DNA of 64,000 nt from an uncultured Candidatus Saccharibacteria bacterium (GTDB taxonomy: Bacteria > Patescibacteriota > Saccharimonadia > Saccharimonadales > JAGQNJ01): the NCBI GenBank assembly GCA_964602865.1, contig CAZRSX010000004.1, forward strand, positions 20,388 through 84,387, read 5' to 3'. A model generated the notes under the pieces. It worked only from the letters and a program-made list of their open reading frames with translations, was not told the DNA's origin and did not search any database. Each line of letters starts with the position of its first letter. Within the stretch, counting starts at the first letter, position 1. Shown here one piece after another: positions 16,472-25,879 of this stretch. Position numbers and translations under genes: made by a program.

Positions 16472-18166
16472 TTAGCGCTTGCGGCGCACAACAACTTGGT
16501 AGGCAGTTGTACCGGCTACAGACACTGCTGCAAAGATACCTGCGACACCACCAACACCAGTTTTTGGCAGCTCAGTGACACATTCTGGGCTATCCTTTGG
16601 CAAGTGTTCTTTACCGGAGATAGGACAGTTGTCTGGATTTTCCTTACACTCAGGGCTGTCCTTTGGCAGGTGCTCCTTGCCAGGAATCGGACAGTACTCT
16701 TGAAGGTCTGTCTTGATGACCACCACACAATCGTTGCTGGTTACCGTTTGCTGTTGACCGTTAACATTAAAGTTAACGCTCACACGAGTCGGGAAGGTAC
16801 CGCGCTCTGGGAAGGTGTGCTCAACCACTTCCTGGTCAGTTACCAACACCTCGGTACCGTCACCAAAGTCATAGCTGTAGCTCACAAACTCTGCGCCGTT
16901 TCGAGCAGTATAGTCGGTCGTGAACTGGTAACGACGATTGCTCAGGCGGGTCGTTTTCAGCGCATCACAGCTGTATTCTGGCTCTGGTTGTGGCGGTTCA
17001 CAGTTGTCGCGGGTAATGATGACGTCTGCCGTATCGTTTTCTTCAGGGTTCTGATCAGAACGGGCATAGGCCACGTTACGGATACGGATTTGACATTCTT
17101 CGAAGTCACCGCCTACTTTAGTCGCAAACATCATGTAGAAACCGCTATTTGCGCCGTAGTTGCCCACGTTGATACCGCCGTCGAATAATGGTTTGTCATT
17201 CTGAACAGCATTCTGCTGAGCATCAATCCAGCGAACCGTACCAGGTACCAAAGTCACGTGTGGCGGCAATACATCACGGGTGATGATGTTCCGGTTTACA
17301 CCGGCACCTTTGGTGTCAACATCAATCAGCCATTCAACTGTATCGCCGGGTTTTGCATCGACTGTTTCTTTCCAGTCTGAAGTACCTTTGACGCGTACTT
17401 TTTTGCTGATGTCTAGCTCGGGCTTTGGTGCTTCCTCTTCAACAATAATCTTTACACGGACATGCACGACTGCTTCGTATTCGAAACAACCAGGCAGGTT
17501 ACCGTCAAGGGCATCGTCACCAATCAGTGTACCGCTGGTTACAACGCTATTTGGTAGTCGCTTACCTTCTTTGAAAGCACTGTTGTTGTATAGAATCGCA
17601 GAGCCAGGAATGTATTCGACACGGAATTTCTTGTTACTGACCAGGTCAACGGTATCTTCTACCATTCGCGGTGTTGCGTTGCTGGCGCTAATGTAACTGC
17701 GTGCACGCAAGGCTTGAGCAGTACCAGTTGGCAAGGCAACACGAACAGTGGTGTTCTTGGCAACGCCAAGGCCGCTTGCATTTGTAGACTGATTAGCGTT
17801 GTTGTGAATGTAGGTTCGCAAAATAACTTCTTTGCTGCCGTCTGTGACGTTGTTCAAAACGTTCTGATAGCTACCGGCTGCCGTTTGGTCGGTTCGGCGA
17901 GCGTCCAAGAAAGCTCGTTCATCACCATAGCTTGGCGTGTTGATGAATGAGTTAAATACTGGGCCGGTCAACGAACCACAACGGTCATATTTGTCGCTGT
18001 CGTTAGGGTTACATGGCTTGTTGTAGTCAAATGGCTGACGATCTGGGTAGAACTCAGCAACGGCCAATGGAACTGCAACCAGCGCGATCAACGTCGTTGC
18101 AACCGCAATAACTGCAACTTTTGGCGAACGGGTTACAAATTTCTTGAGTTTGTTAAATAGTTTCAT
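16472..18166 (-). CDS. LPXTG-anchored surface protein with PKD-like domain
   Basis: N-terminal signal/TM. PKD-like YSYDFGDGTE. Tandem CPI(P/S)GKEHLPKDSPEC repeat. C-terminal LPKTG followed by a hydrophobic stretch and RRKR. Confidence 0.8.
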   Translation of the reverse strand: MKLFNKLKKFVTRSPKVAVIAVATTLIALVAVPLAVAEFYPDRQPFDYNKPCNPNDSDKYDRCGSLTGPVFNSFINTPSYGDERAFLDARRTDQTAAGSYQNVLNNVTDGSKEVILRTYIHNNANQSTNASGLGVAKNTTVRVALPTGTAQALRARSYISASNATPRMVEDTVDLVSNKKFRVEYIPGSAILYNNSAFKEGKRLPNSVVTSGTLIGDDALDGNLPGCFEYEAVVHVRVKIIVEEEAPKPELDISKKVRVKGTSDWKETVDAKPGDTVEWLIDVDTKGAGVNRNIITRDVLPPHVTLVPGTVRWIDAQQNAVQNDKPLFDGGINVGNYGANSGFYMMFATKVGGDFEECQIRIRNVAYARSDQNPEENDTADVIITRDNCEPPQPEPEYSCDALKTTRLSNRRYQFTTDYTARNGAEFVSYSYDFGDGTEVLVTDQEVVEHTFPERGTFPTRVSVNFNVNGQQQTVTSNDCVVVIKTDLQEYCPIPGKEHLPKDSPECKENPDNCPISGKEHLPKDSPECVTELPKTGVGGVAGIFAAVSVAGTTAYQVVVRRKR

Positions 18167-18178
18167 GCTGAGTCTCCC

Positions 18179-19447
18179 TTATTTCCTAGTTTTCTTAGCT
18201 TTAGCACGAGCTAACGCAAGACCGCCGACCGGCAGTATCGGTACCGCTCCAAAGAGCACAGCAACATTGCCATCAGTTTCAGCTTCCTCACCTGGACGGC
18301 CACCTGTAATTCTTATGTCCGCGTCCCGCGGTTCGGTTGGCTGTGGGTTCGTTTGTGGCGTAGATGTGGACACACTTGTTGAAGCAGTTTGTGGCGGATT
18401 GGTACTTGGTGGCACCGTACCAGTTGTTGCCGGTGTCGTTGGCGCTGGCGCAGGACGGGCAGTCGTAGTTGTAGTCGCAAGTGGAGGTACAGGGGGTCGT
18501 GGTTCATGATCAGTATAGCCATCGTCGTCAGTCGGCTGGCCTGGTTCACCTGGGCCAGGCCTGTCAGGCGTGCCAGGATCTTGATCGGCATCATCACCAG
18601 TTTGTTCTGGCAAATCACCATCGTCAAATTTATCTATTGTTGGTGGTTCTGGCTCACCTGGAGGGGTTGGAGGGGTTGGAGTAATAAGTTTCAGCTCGGG
18701 GTTGGCACAGTCTGCTCGCAGAGTCGCGTCCCAAACAATGTTGCCGTCTTCGTCTGCATAGATCCAGTATATGTCACCCGCGGCGGCTCTACGGCCACTG
18801 TTAACCGCAACAACTTCGCCGTCAACATAGTACGTAGTACCTTCAACGGTAACTGGAACAAGCGCTTGCACGGGGATGTAGCCCTCGCCATTCAATGCCC
18901 GTTCGAGGTCTTCTGATTGGCCTTCCATGGCTTCCTCAAGATTTTCACGAGCGGCAATCGCGCGTTCGCTATTACTTGCGTAAAATGCAGCGATTTCTTC
19001 TTGTGATTCAAGTACACCTAGCTCTTCGGTAGTAAACGCCTCTGCACCACGCTCAACTGGGTTACTTTCAAAGTCAACAGCTTCACCAGCAACTAGTTCA
19101 TCTGGTCCAAAACCCTGAAATCGCTCAAGAAGTTGATCCGCGAACTGCTCTGTGAATAATTGAGAAAGTTGAGCCTCACTAAGCTGACTTTCTGTAGTTG
19201 TCGTTGTGTCTGATTCTACAACCTCAGTCGTTGGGGCAGTCGTGGTGTCGTTCGCTGTCTCGGCTCCGGCGCCGCCACAAGCAGTCAGCGCAATAGCTGC
19301 CAAGCCGCCTGCAGCAATCATGCCACGTGCGCGCTCAATAAGACTTGGTTGTCGCTCGGGCTGTGGCGATACCACAACATCGCCTGCATACGGCAGGTGT
19401 GGTCGCGCTTCTTGGGTAGCTTGAACATTTTCAGGTAACATTGACAT
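18179..19447 (-). CDS. Thr/Pro-rich envelope protein (lipobox-like LTAC, C-terminal TM plus basic tail)
   Basis: AAIALTACGG; long PT-rich linker; C-terminal VLFGAVPILPVGGLALARAKAKKTRK. SD GAGGAGG upstream of the ATG. Confidence 0.5.
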   Translation of the reverse strand: MSMLPENVQATQEARPHLPYAGDVVVSPQPERQPSLIERARGMIAAGGLAAIALTACGGAGAETANDTTTAPTTEVVESDTTTTTESQLSEAQLSQLFTEQFADQLLERFQGFGPDELVAGEAVDFESNPVERGAEAFTTEELGVLESQEEIAAFYASNSERAIAARENLEEAMEGQSEDLERALNGEGYIPVQALVPVTVEGTTYYVDGEVVAVNSGRRAAAGDIYWIYADEDGNIVWDATLRADCANPELKLITPTPPTPPGEPEPPTIDKFDDGDLPEQTGDDADQDPGTPDRPGPGEPGQPTDDDGYTDHEPRPPVPPLATTTTTARPAPAPTTPATTGTVPPSTNPPQTASTSVSTSTPQTNPQPTEPRDADIRITGGRPGEEAETDGNVAVLFGAVPILPVGGLALARAKAKKTRK

Positions 19448-19485
19448 TATACTTCCACCTCCTCACAAGGTTTATTTACCGTTAC

Positions 19486-19514
19486 AATTTACCATAAGCT
19501 AGACTTGTTGTCAA
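19486..19514 (-). promoter_or_regulatory. Candidate promoter TTGACA-17-TAAATT for the 18179-19447 gene
   Basis: Reverse strand: TTGACAacaagtctagcttatggTAAATT. Confidence 0.5.
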
Positions 19515-19564
19515 GACTTTTTTACACAAAAATGACTATTTTACAATATTGCTTATGTTTTTAC

Positions 19565-19635
19565 AGAGACAGCGCCGGTTTCAGCATGATCTGACCCCTT
19601 ATACTGCTCTGGTAGTGCGGTGGATTTTCAAAGAT
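19565..19635 (-). repeat. R1: most decayed copy of the histidine-kinase 3' tail
   Basis: Reads ...LPEQYKGSDHAETGAVSVKT*. cccttatactgctct (19596-19610) is identical to 20014-20028. Confidence 0.45.
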
Positions 19636-19928
19636 TTTCTAGCGGAATACCGGTCTTTTCTGATACCTTGCGTGCCCATGCTAGCAGCTTCTCAAACTGG
19701 TTATCGCGTGCTGCTAGCTCTATTTCCGTATTTATCGATTCTGGCTACAAAGCCATCAATAGTATTGAGAAGCCTATTATGCGACTCTTTAAGCTGCGTT
19801 ATTTCCGATTCAATCGTATTGAATCGGCCATCTACCTGCTGCATAAATGCATGCAAGATGCCCGTTATCTCATCCGTCTGTTCTTTTAGAACAGTTTGTA
19901 GCTCTTTTTTAGTAACCGTGTCACTCAT
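19628..19928 (-). pseudogene. Small coiled-coil protein gene split by a +1 frame change
   Basis: Frame A: MSDTVTKKELQTVLKEQ...GFVARIDKY then GNRASSTR*. The adjacent frame continues (T)EIELAARDNQFEKLLAWARKVSEKTGIPLENL* (stop 19628-19630). Confidence 0.45.
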
Positions 19929-19973
19929 AGTACAGGCATTATACCATGCAGCGTGTGCCAACTTACTGTTGCT

Positions 19974-20085
19974 TTACGCCTTATTATCTGCGGTCTCGGC
20001 CTCATGCGCGGCACCCTTATACTGCTCTAGCGATAGCGGTTTTTTGGCGAAGTTAAAGCCGAAGGCGCTTCCCCTGCCCGTCAGT
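19974..20085 (-). pseudogene. R2: relic of a histidine-kinase 3' end
   Basis: Reads G(R)GSAFGFNFAKKPLSLEQYKGAAHEAETADNKA*. Positions 20035-20080 match 20826-20871 at 44/46 nt. Confidence 0.6.
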
Positions 20086-20506
20086 CATTCGACGAAAAAG
20101 GATTAATAACACGCAGACCCTTGAACATGCGGAAGTCTTTCGTATTATCGGTGGCAATAGTTGTTATGCCGGCCGCCATGGCGGTGGCAGCCAGATACGC
20201 ATCAAATATTTTATCTCCGGCAAGCCCGTTTTTACTGATCAGCTCTAGCGCAATCAAGTGTGTTTTGTAGTCTGGCGCAATGATCTGAAGGGCTTGCACG
20301 ATCCCATTAATTTCGCGTATGGCGGCCGCTGCAGACATGGGATTCGGGAACTTGCTGTGAGTCAAGACCCGAAGTGTTTCAAATATGTTCTGGTGCGCTA
20401 CGGCCAGACCCTTTTTCTGGTGTGCCAACAAAAATTTCCGAGCTGCCGCCTGTTTAGGGCTGTCGTTGTTGATGGCGTTAACCAGTATATTTGAATCAAC
20501 CAACAT
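20081..20506 (-). CDS. vapC: PIN-domain toxin VapC
   Basis: 141 aa with MLVDSNIL... PIN pattern. 4-codon overlap with the upstream antitoxin. Confidence 0.85.
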   Translation of the reverse strand: MLVDSNILVNAINNDSPKQAAARKFLLAHQKKGLAVAHQNIFETLRVLTHSKFPNPMSAAAAIREINGIVQALQIIAPDYKTHLIALELISKNGLAGDKIFDAYLAATAMAAGITTIATDNTKDFRMFKGLRVINPFSSND

Positions 20507-20735
20507 ACTTTTCGGGGTCCGGGTAATAGTCGCTGCGCGTCAGTTTGTCTGTGGGAGCACCCAAGTTATGTCCGTGGAACATGATTTTTACCTCGCGTTT
20601 GGCGGCGCGTTTTAGATAATCTTCCAGGGCTTGATTAAAAATAGCCTGTAGTGTGCTACCTTCATCAATGGCCCGCTTTTCGGCTATCTGTTTTAAGTTT
20701 TTATCAATCCGTAGTGTTGTGCGAGTTAGGCTCAT
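20496..20735 (-). CDS. vapB: Ribbon-helix-helix antitoxin (VapB-like)
   Basis: 79 aa. TLRIDKNLKQIAEKRAIDEGSTLQAIFNQALEDYL is RHH-like. Genetic context with vapC. Confidence 0.7.
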   Translation of the reverse strand: MSLTRTTLRIDKNLKQIAEKRAIDEGSTLQAIFNQALEDYLKRAAKREVKIMFHGHNLGAPTDKLTRSDYYPDPEKYVG

Positions 20736-20767
20736 ACGTAGGATATTAGCATACGTATGCTAATATG

Positions 20768-23017
20768 TCAACTATTATATTCTTTGGAATGGCTGCTTGT
20801 GGCGCCGTTGAGGTGTTCGGGTTCCAGCGGTTTTTTGGCGAAGTTAAAGCCGAAGGTGCTTCCCTTGCCCTCTTGCGTCTTGAATACAATGGCGCCGCCT
20901 TGCGCGACCACCACTTTTTTGGCCATAAAGAGGCCGAGCCCGGTACCGTCAGGGCGGGCCTTTTTAGCATTGCTGGCACGGTAAAACTTGCCAAACAGAT
21001 GGTGCTGCTCGCTCTTGGGCACGCCCAAGCCGTCATCGACCACTCGAAATTCGATCGAATCGCCCAGATCTTCCAGCTCTACCTTGATATGCCCCCCTGT
21101 TGGCGTGTAGTAAATAGCGTTATCGGCAAAGTTCATGATCACCTGGCGTATCTTGGTCTCATCAAGCATGAGGGCTGGGAAATTCTTTGGCTTCTGATAG
21201 GTCAGCTCCAGGCCGCGACCCTTCGCCGTCTCTGTTAATTGGGCGATCTCGCCCTCGACCACATCAGCCAAATTCGTCGGCTTGGCCTCTATGATGAACT
21301 TGCCGGTGCGCAAACGCGAGACGTTGAGCAGGTCGGCTATCAGATAGACCATGCGTTGCGAGCTGACAAAGGCCTGGTCAAGCAGCTCCTTTTGCTTGCT
21401 GTTGACCTTGCCCGCGTCGCCCTCCAGCACCATGCTGACATAGCCTTTTACAGAGGTCAGCGGCGTGCGTAACTGGTGCGATGCCATGCTGATGAAGTCG
21501 TCTTTGGTCTGGTCCATTGCTTTGAGCTTCTCGTTGGCTTTGCGCAAATTCCTGGTCGCTTCATCAACCTTGCCTTCCAATGTTTTCGCAAAGTTCTGAA
21601 TTTCCTCATATTGCAACGCGTTCTCGATTGCAATTGCCAGTTCGTTGGTGACAATTTCCATGGCGTCGGTGTCCTGCGAGTTGTAAATTGTACCGCTCTT
21701 TTTATTACCCAAAACCATATAGCCGACCCCTTCGCTGTTGGTGCTCTTCGTTATGCGGGCAACCACGGCAATATTTTCCTGGACCAGCAAAGCCTTTAGA
21801 TCCGTCTCTTTGGCTTCCAACAGATCTGTCAGCATGAGTTTTGTTTTGTTGCTCGATATGTAGCTCCGCATTTGGTCAATCACTTTTTCGGTAACCTCTG
21901 TATTCTGAGTATGTAAAACGCGTACACCTTGCTCCTCGTCAATCAGGGCAAAGGTGCAAAATTCGGACCGTAGGTATTTCTCTATCACACCAGCTGACTT
22001 TGCCAGCAGTTTCTCCAGCTCAATCGTGGAAACAATGGCCTGGTTAAACTCATCCAGAAGGTCTTTGGTATCATAGGCATCTCTGTAAAAAAGTTTGTTG
22101 GTAACACGATCAAAGAATCTTTTTGCCGGTAAGTATGTCAATGCGAGCACTACAGTGGTTATCACATAAAAGAGCCTCAAAAAGTCATCATTGGCACCTA
22201 GTCGAGATAAATAGCCGGATGCTACCAAGAGAGCAGCAGCAGCAGCAGCAGCCAGAGAGCCAAGAGATAATACGTACCCCAGTGTGCGAGCAACAACTAA
22301 GCGAAGGTCAAACAGCCTGTGTCGAGTGATAGCATAGGCCATACCAATTACCCAAAAAGCCAAAGATAACGATCCGATTCCTGCAAGATTATAATTTCCC
22401 AGTATCGGCAAAACCGCCGTACACACCAATACAATAGGTATAGTAATTATAAAGGTAACAATTATTGTATCAATCTGCGCCTTAAGTATGCCGTTTAGCT
22501 TAAAATGTCCTCGTATAAGTAAGCTGGATATCAAACAGAATTGTACAAACAGCGAAAGAAAATAATACACAGACAATATACCGAAAGTGTTTACGTATAC
22601 TCCCTGGTTCAACTCTACTGAGCTAACTACTAATGGAGTAAGTGATGCCACCCAAGCAAAGCAAAGTGCTAGTAGTCCTATTATGGACATTTTTTTAGAT
22701 AATCTGCGTCCAGCTATGCAAATGATGAACACATAAATCGACAACATCGCTAGGCCGCCAGTCACTAACGTTACCCTATTGGATAAAAGTGCGGCATTAT
22801 TCGATAAACTAGTATCGTTGGCGAAATAATTAGTGGTTAGCCATGTTGACATACTCAATGAAACAGCAAAATAGGCTTGGTTCAGTTTTTGTCGAGGATT
22901 TCTCAGCAATACCAATAAGCCGATTACAAGTAGCACCGCCAGAACAATTACTAATAAAACTGTATACAAATCGAGCATTTCCATAGTAATTATGCTCGTG
23001 CCTATCTTATCAGTCAA
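20768..23017 (-). CDS. Sensor histidine kinase with N-terminal multi-TM (7TM-type) input region, GAF-like middle, HisKA and HATPase_c
   Basis: About 8 hydrophobic helices in the first 300 aa. H-box SHQLRTPLTSVKGY, N-box DNAIYYT, G-boxes DDGLGVP and GTGLGL. TTG start abuts the ThiF stop (ATG alternatives at 22984/22978). Confidence 0.9.
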   Translation of the reverse strand: MTDKIGTSIITMEMLDLYTVLLVIVLAVLLVIGLLVLLRNPRQKLNQAYFAVSLSMSTWLTTNYFANDTSLSNNAALLSNRVTLVTGGLAMLSIYVFIICIAGRRLSKKMSIIGLLALCFAWVASLTPLVVSSVELNQGVYVNTFGILSVYYFLSLFVQFCLISSLLIRGHFKLNGILKAQIDTIIVTFIITIPIVLVCTAVLPILGNYNLAGIGSLSLAFWVIGMAYAITRHRLFDLRLVVARTLGYVLSLGSLAAAAAAALLVASGYLSRLGANDDFLRLFYVITTVVLALTYLPAKRFFDRVTNKLFYRDAYDTKDLLDEFNQAIVSTIELEKLLAKSAGVIEKYLRSEFCTFALIDEEQGVRVLHTQNTEVTEKVIDQMRSYISSNKTKLMLTDLLEAKETDLKALLVQENIAVVARITKSTNSEGVGYMVLGNKKSGTIYNSQDTDAMEIVTNELAIAIENALQYEEIQNFAKTLEGKVDEATRNLRKANEKLKAMDQTKDDFISMASHQLRTPLTSVKGYVSMVLEGDAGKVNSKQKELLDQAFVSSQRMVYLIADLLNVSRLRTGKFIIEAKPTNLADVVEGEIAQLTETAKGRGLELTYQKPKNFPALMLDETKIRQVIMNFADNAIYYTPTGGHIKVELEDLGDSIEFRVVDDGLGVPKSEQHHLFGKFYRASNAKKARPDGTGLGLFMAKKVVVAQGGAIVFKTQEGKGSTFGFNFAKKPLEPEHLNGATSSHSKEYNS

Positions 23018-24085
23018 TTATAGATTGCTAGCAACCTGAGTACGATACTCTACACGAGCTTGTCTTTGTTTGTCGCTATAGCTAGCTGACGGGTTTAATC
23101 CTAAAGTATTACGAGCCAATATGCGCAAGACCCGCATCGTAGATACTAGCCTGGAGCGCTTAGTAACAAAATCTTCACCTTGACTGGGATTAACGCAGTG
23201 TACTTCTGGATAAAAATGCGGTTTACCGTAGCGTTTGTCACCTAGGGTCAAAAGTTTCTCGAACTCATCCATTGCTAGATCCGTTGCGTTAAAAACGCTC
23301 CGTAAAGCAGTAGGCAGAGAAACGCCTTTCTTTTGAGTAGCCAGCAACGTTTGAAAATCTGTCGTTAGTGGAATATTCGGAATAGTGGGTAGCTGAAAAC
23401 CTGTAATTTTTTTATTGTATTCTTCGGCTGTTTGGTCTGGTCTGCCACCCGTAGAGTGCTCAAAGGTATGTTCTAAATCATTTGGGTCAAAAGTCGTGAC
23501 CATACCGCCACGCTCGATATCTGTTGCACAAATCACGAAACGACCAAACCTACGAGCAGTACGGTGATACATTAGCATGAGATGAGGTTCGGTAATTTCT
23601 ATTTCATCGAATCCAACCGTTAAGCCCCTGTTCTTTGCGTCGTATCCTAAAAACTCATCAACGTTATGCTCTTGCACTCCTTCACTATAAACCCGCACTT
23701 CGGCAGTAGGATTGTGTTGAGTTATCAACTCCGCGACAACATCAGCTTTTGGACGCCCTACGTCATCTGGTGTGAATATTGGGATACGACCAACGTTGCT
23801 CGGTTCGACCGTTTCAATATCGGCAATACTAAAATCACCTACGCCCTCTTTGGCTAACATTACAGCAAGTGTCGCACCGCCACCACCGCAGCCCGCTATA
23901 CGAGCGGATGAGTCAATAAACTTCTGGCGCAAATCCTCTGTATAAAACCCCATAGCCCTATCAAAGTATAGTGAGCATGGATCGTCCATCAGTACCTCAC
24001 CGGCTGGGGGGTCTATCAAGTGGCGGCCCTGCAGAGTATATGAAGCTTTTTCTATAGTATCGATAAATTCAGTCATTTCACTCAC
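23018..24085 (-). CDS. ThiF/MoeB/HesA-family E1-like adenylyltransferase with about 140-aa C-terminal extension
   Basis: IAGCGGGGATLAVMLAKEGVGDFSIADIETVEPSNVGR matches the GxGxxG...D.D.V..SN..R signature. Confidence 0.8.
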   Translation of the reverse strand: MSEMTEFIDTIEKASYTLQGRHLIDPPAGEVLMDDPCSLYFDRAMGFYTEDLRQKFIDSSARIAGCGGGGATLAVMLAKEGVGDFSIADIETVEPSNVGRIPIFTPDDVGRPKADVVAELITQHNPTAEVRVYSEGVQEHNVDEFLGYDAKNRGLTVGFDEIEITEPHLMLMYHRTARRFGRFVICATDIERGGMVTTFDPNDLEHTFEHSTGGRPDQTAEEYNKKITGFQLPTIPNIPLTTDFQTLLATQKKGVSLPTALRSVFNATDLAMDEFEKLLTLGDKRYGKPHFYPEVHCVNPSQGEDFVTKRSRLVSTMRVLRILARNTLGLNPSASYSDKQRQARVEYRTQVASNL

Positions 24086-24860
24086 CCATTAAGCTATCTG
24101 GGAAATATCCCAATCCGGACGTTTCCTCAGCGCTCCTAAAGAACTCCTGCAGATTAACACCGCAAAAATCAGTCACCACTGAGGTAGGAACTTCGTTTAG
24201 CGGAGTCATCAGCGGATATAACGTACGGATACCCCCCGGTTCCTCCACTTCTTTTTGTTCAGTAACAGGAATCAACGGTATGCCCATTCCCTCAAGTAAA
24301 CGCTTTACTGGTGCCTCAATCTCAAAATATGTTGTGGGTATACCACGATTAAGCAAACCATCTACCACAACACGTACCAGGGCAACTGCCGCAATATGTG
24401 GAATCTTATTTCTATCGTTAGAAATAAATCTTGAGGTTTCCGACTTGGGCATATTAATTTTTAAATTGAATTCTGCTTCCAACGGTAGTGGAGTAGCATC
24501 AGATTCACCAACAATACCACGAATACCTGCTACCACTTGTGCTGTCTTGTGGTTTCCATCCGTAGCACTTTTAACTATCGCGTAGTGCAGTGACTGGTCA
24601 TCATACTCATCATACTCACGACCTTGTGCATCAAGACATTCCAGAGGTAAGAAACCTCGTTTGTGAACATATTCATTACCACGCAAATGACCAATAGCGC
24701 CCCAAAGCTCCTCATCGTGTATCGTACCAAATGCAGCAACTTCACCAATGTAATAAACAGCTTCCGGATGCTCCCCAAAAATACGTTCGTGGGGAACACT
24801 AAGTTTTGGCTGGTCTGTTACCGATTTAGTTATTTCTGGTGAGATTGTTGTTATTGCCAT
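24078..24860 (-). CDS. LuxI/FeeM-like (autoinducer-synthase fold) N-acyltransferase, tentative
   Basis: HLRGNEYVHKRGFLPLECLDAQGREYDEYDDQSLHYAIV...VVAGIRGI...ETSRFIS parallels the LuxI pattern R..VF...GW....G.E.D.YD...Y......G..R...E.SRF. Confidence 0.5.
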   Translation of the reverse strand: MAITTISPEITKSVTDQPKLSVPHERIFGEHPEAVYYIGEVAAFGTIHDEELWGAIGHLRGNEYVHKRGFLPLECLDAQGREYDEYDDQSLHYAIVKSATDGNHKTAQVVAGIRGIVGESDATPLPLEAEFNLKINMPKSETSRFISNDRNKIPHIAAVALVRVVVDGLLNRGIPTTYFEIEAPVKRLLEGMGIPLIPVTEQKEVEEPGGIRTLYPLMTPLNEVPTSVVTDFCGVNLQEFFRSAEETSGLGYFPDSLMGE

Positions 24861-24870
24861 GCTGATACCT

Positions 24871-25794
24871 CTATCCGGTTACTTCAACGGGTGAAGAACT
24901 ATTAGTTGGTGATTTTTTAGTAAAAATCCTCTTCGGTAAACTTCTTCTTCTCTCCGGTTGAGAAGACTCCGTTATCTGAGTTTTGCTCAATTCATCTTCA
25001 TTCTGATCTTTTTGACTGATCTTTTTCAATATAGCTCGTCTCTCTTTCCATTTGACAATTCCGAAAATTGATCCAACCACAGCGCCCATAGTCAAAGGGT
25101 TACTAATAACATCGGTGATCACTTCTGTAGCATTGTCAACTCCAGCCCATTCAACGCCACGAGCAGCTCCCAGTACTACTGCTGCGCTTACGGTGTAGTT
25201 CAATGTAACCCCCCCAGCCGCAATAGCAACGGTTCTTAGATTGTCCCTTGGTGTTCGTTCTCGATTCCTTAGGTTTTCGTAAAGCACGGTTCCGGAAGTC
25301 AATACAAGTGACGCAATCGCATATATCCGAGCAATATCACCGGCAGAGCTTTTTCCTCTCGCCTCTCTCTTTGCTTCTTGCTCTTGAATCTTTTGCTTGT
25401 TGATGTACCGATTACTTATTACATCCATAGCTGGACGTAGTTTCTCTGCACAGTAAGCAACACCAAGCCCTGATAGAAGCTCTGATGTCGCTGTAACTCC
25501 CCCTGAAACTGCAGCAGCCGCAAGAATATTTCCACCGGTAGCCGCCATTGTTGCTCCTGCAGCTACACCCACCAGCATTTCATTAGTGGGCAGTTGCTGA
25601 AATCCCGTAATTCCTGTTGTTCCTAAAAGTATTGCCTTATCTTGACTACTTAATTCTCTTGCCGATTCTTTGCCAGCATCTAAAATATCAGCGACATTTT
25701 CGGGATGTCTACTCGCAGACCACCATACATTAACAGCATGCAAATAATCACCTGCGATAGGAGCTTGGGATACTAGAATTTCTGCGCTATTCAT
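24871..25794 (-). CDS. Hypothetical Gly/Ala-rich multi-TM membrane protein
   Basis: 307 aa, with glycine-zipper-like hydrophobic segments and a basic/Ser-rich tail. First gene of the operon. Confidence 0.45.
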   Translation of the reverse strand: MNSAEILVSQAPIAGDYLHAVNVWWSASRHPENVADILDAGKESARELSSQDKAILLGTTGITGFQQLPTNEMLVGVAAGATMAATGGNILAAAAVSGGVTATSELLSGLGVAYCAEKLRPAMDVISNRYINKQKIQEQEAKREARGKSSAGDIARIYAIASLVLTSGTVLYENLRNRERTPRDNLRTVAIAAGGVTLNYTVSAAVVLGAARGVEWAGVDNATEVITDVISNPLTMGAVVGSIFGIVKWKERRAILKKISQKDQNEDELSKTQITESSQPERRRSLPKRIFTKKSPTNSSSPVEVTG

Positions 25795-25820
25795 AAAATA
25801 TAATCTCCGACTTAAAAATA

Positions 25821-25860
25821 AAAAGACACCCTCCGCCCTTTTCTGGCTTTGGTGTCTTTT
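25821..25860 (-). terminator. Terminator-like hairpin located inside the 5' leader of the operon (possible attenuator)
   Basis: Reverse strand: AAAAGACACC-20 nt-GGTGTCTTTTTATTTTT, lying between the promoter at 25880-25908 and ATG 25794. Confidence 0.45.
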
Positions 25861-25879
25861 CTTCTAAAGTACTGTGGAC

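Noticed and set aside
16409-17188. The + strand 259-aa ORF
   Set aside because: It is antisense to the LPKTG/PKD surface protein gene and has no motifs.
22233-22256. (GCA)n/(TGC)n trinucleotide run inside the kinase gene
   Set aside because: It is in frame and encodes a poly-Ala stretch within a TM region. Length changes would not shift the frame, so a phase-variation role is unsupported.
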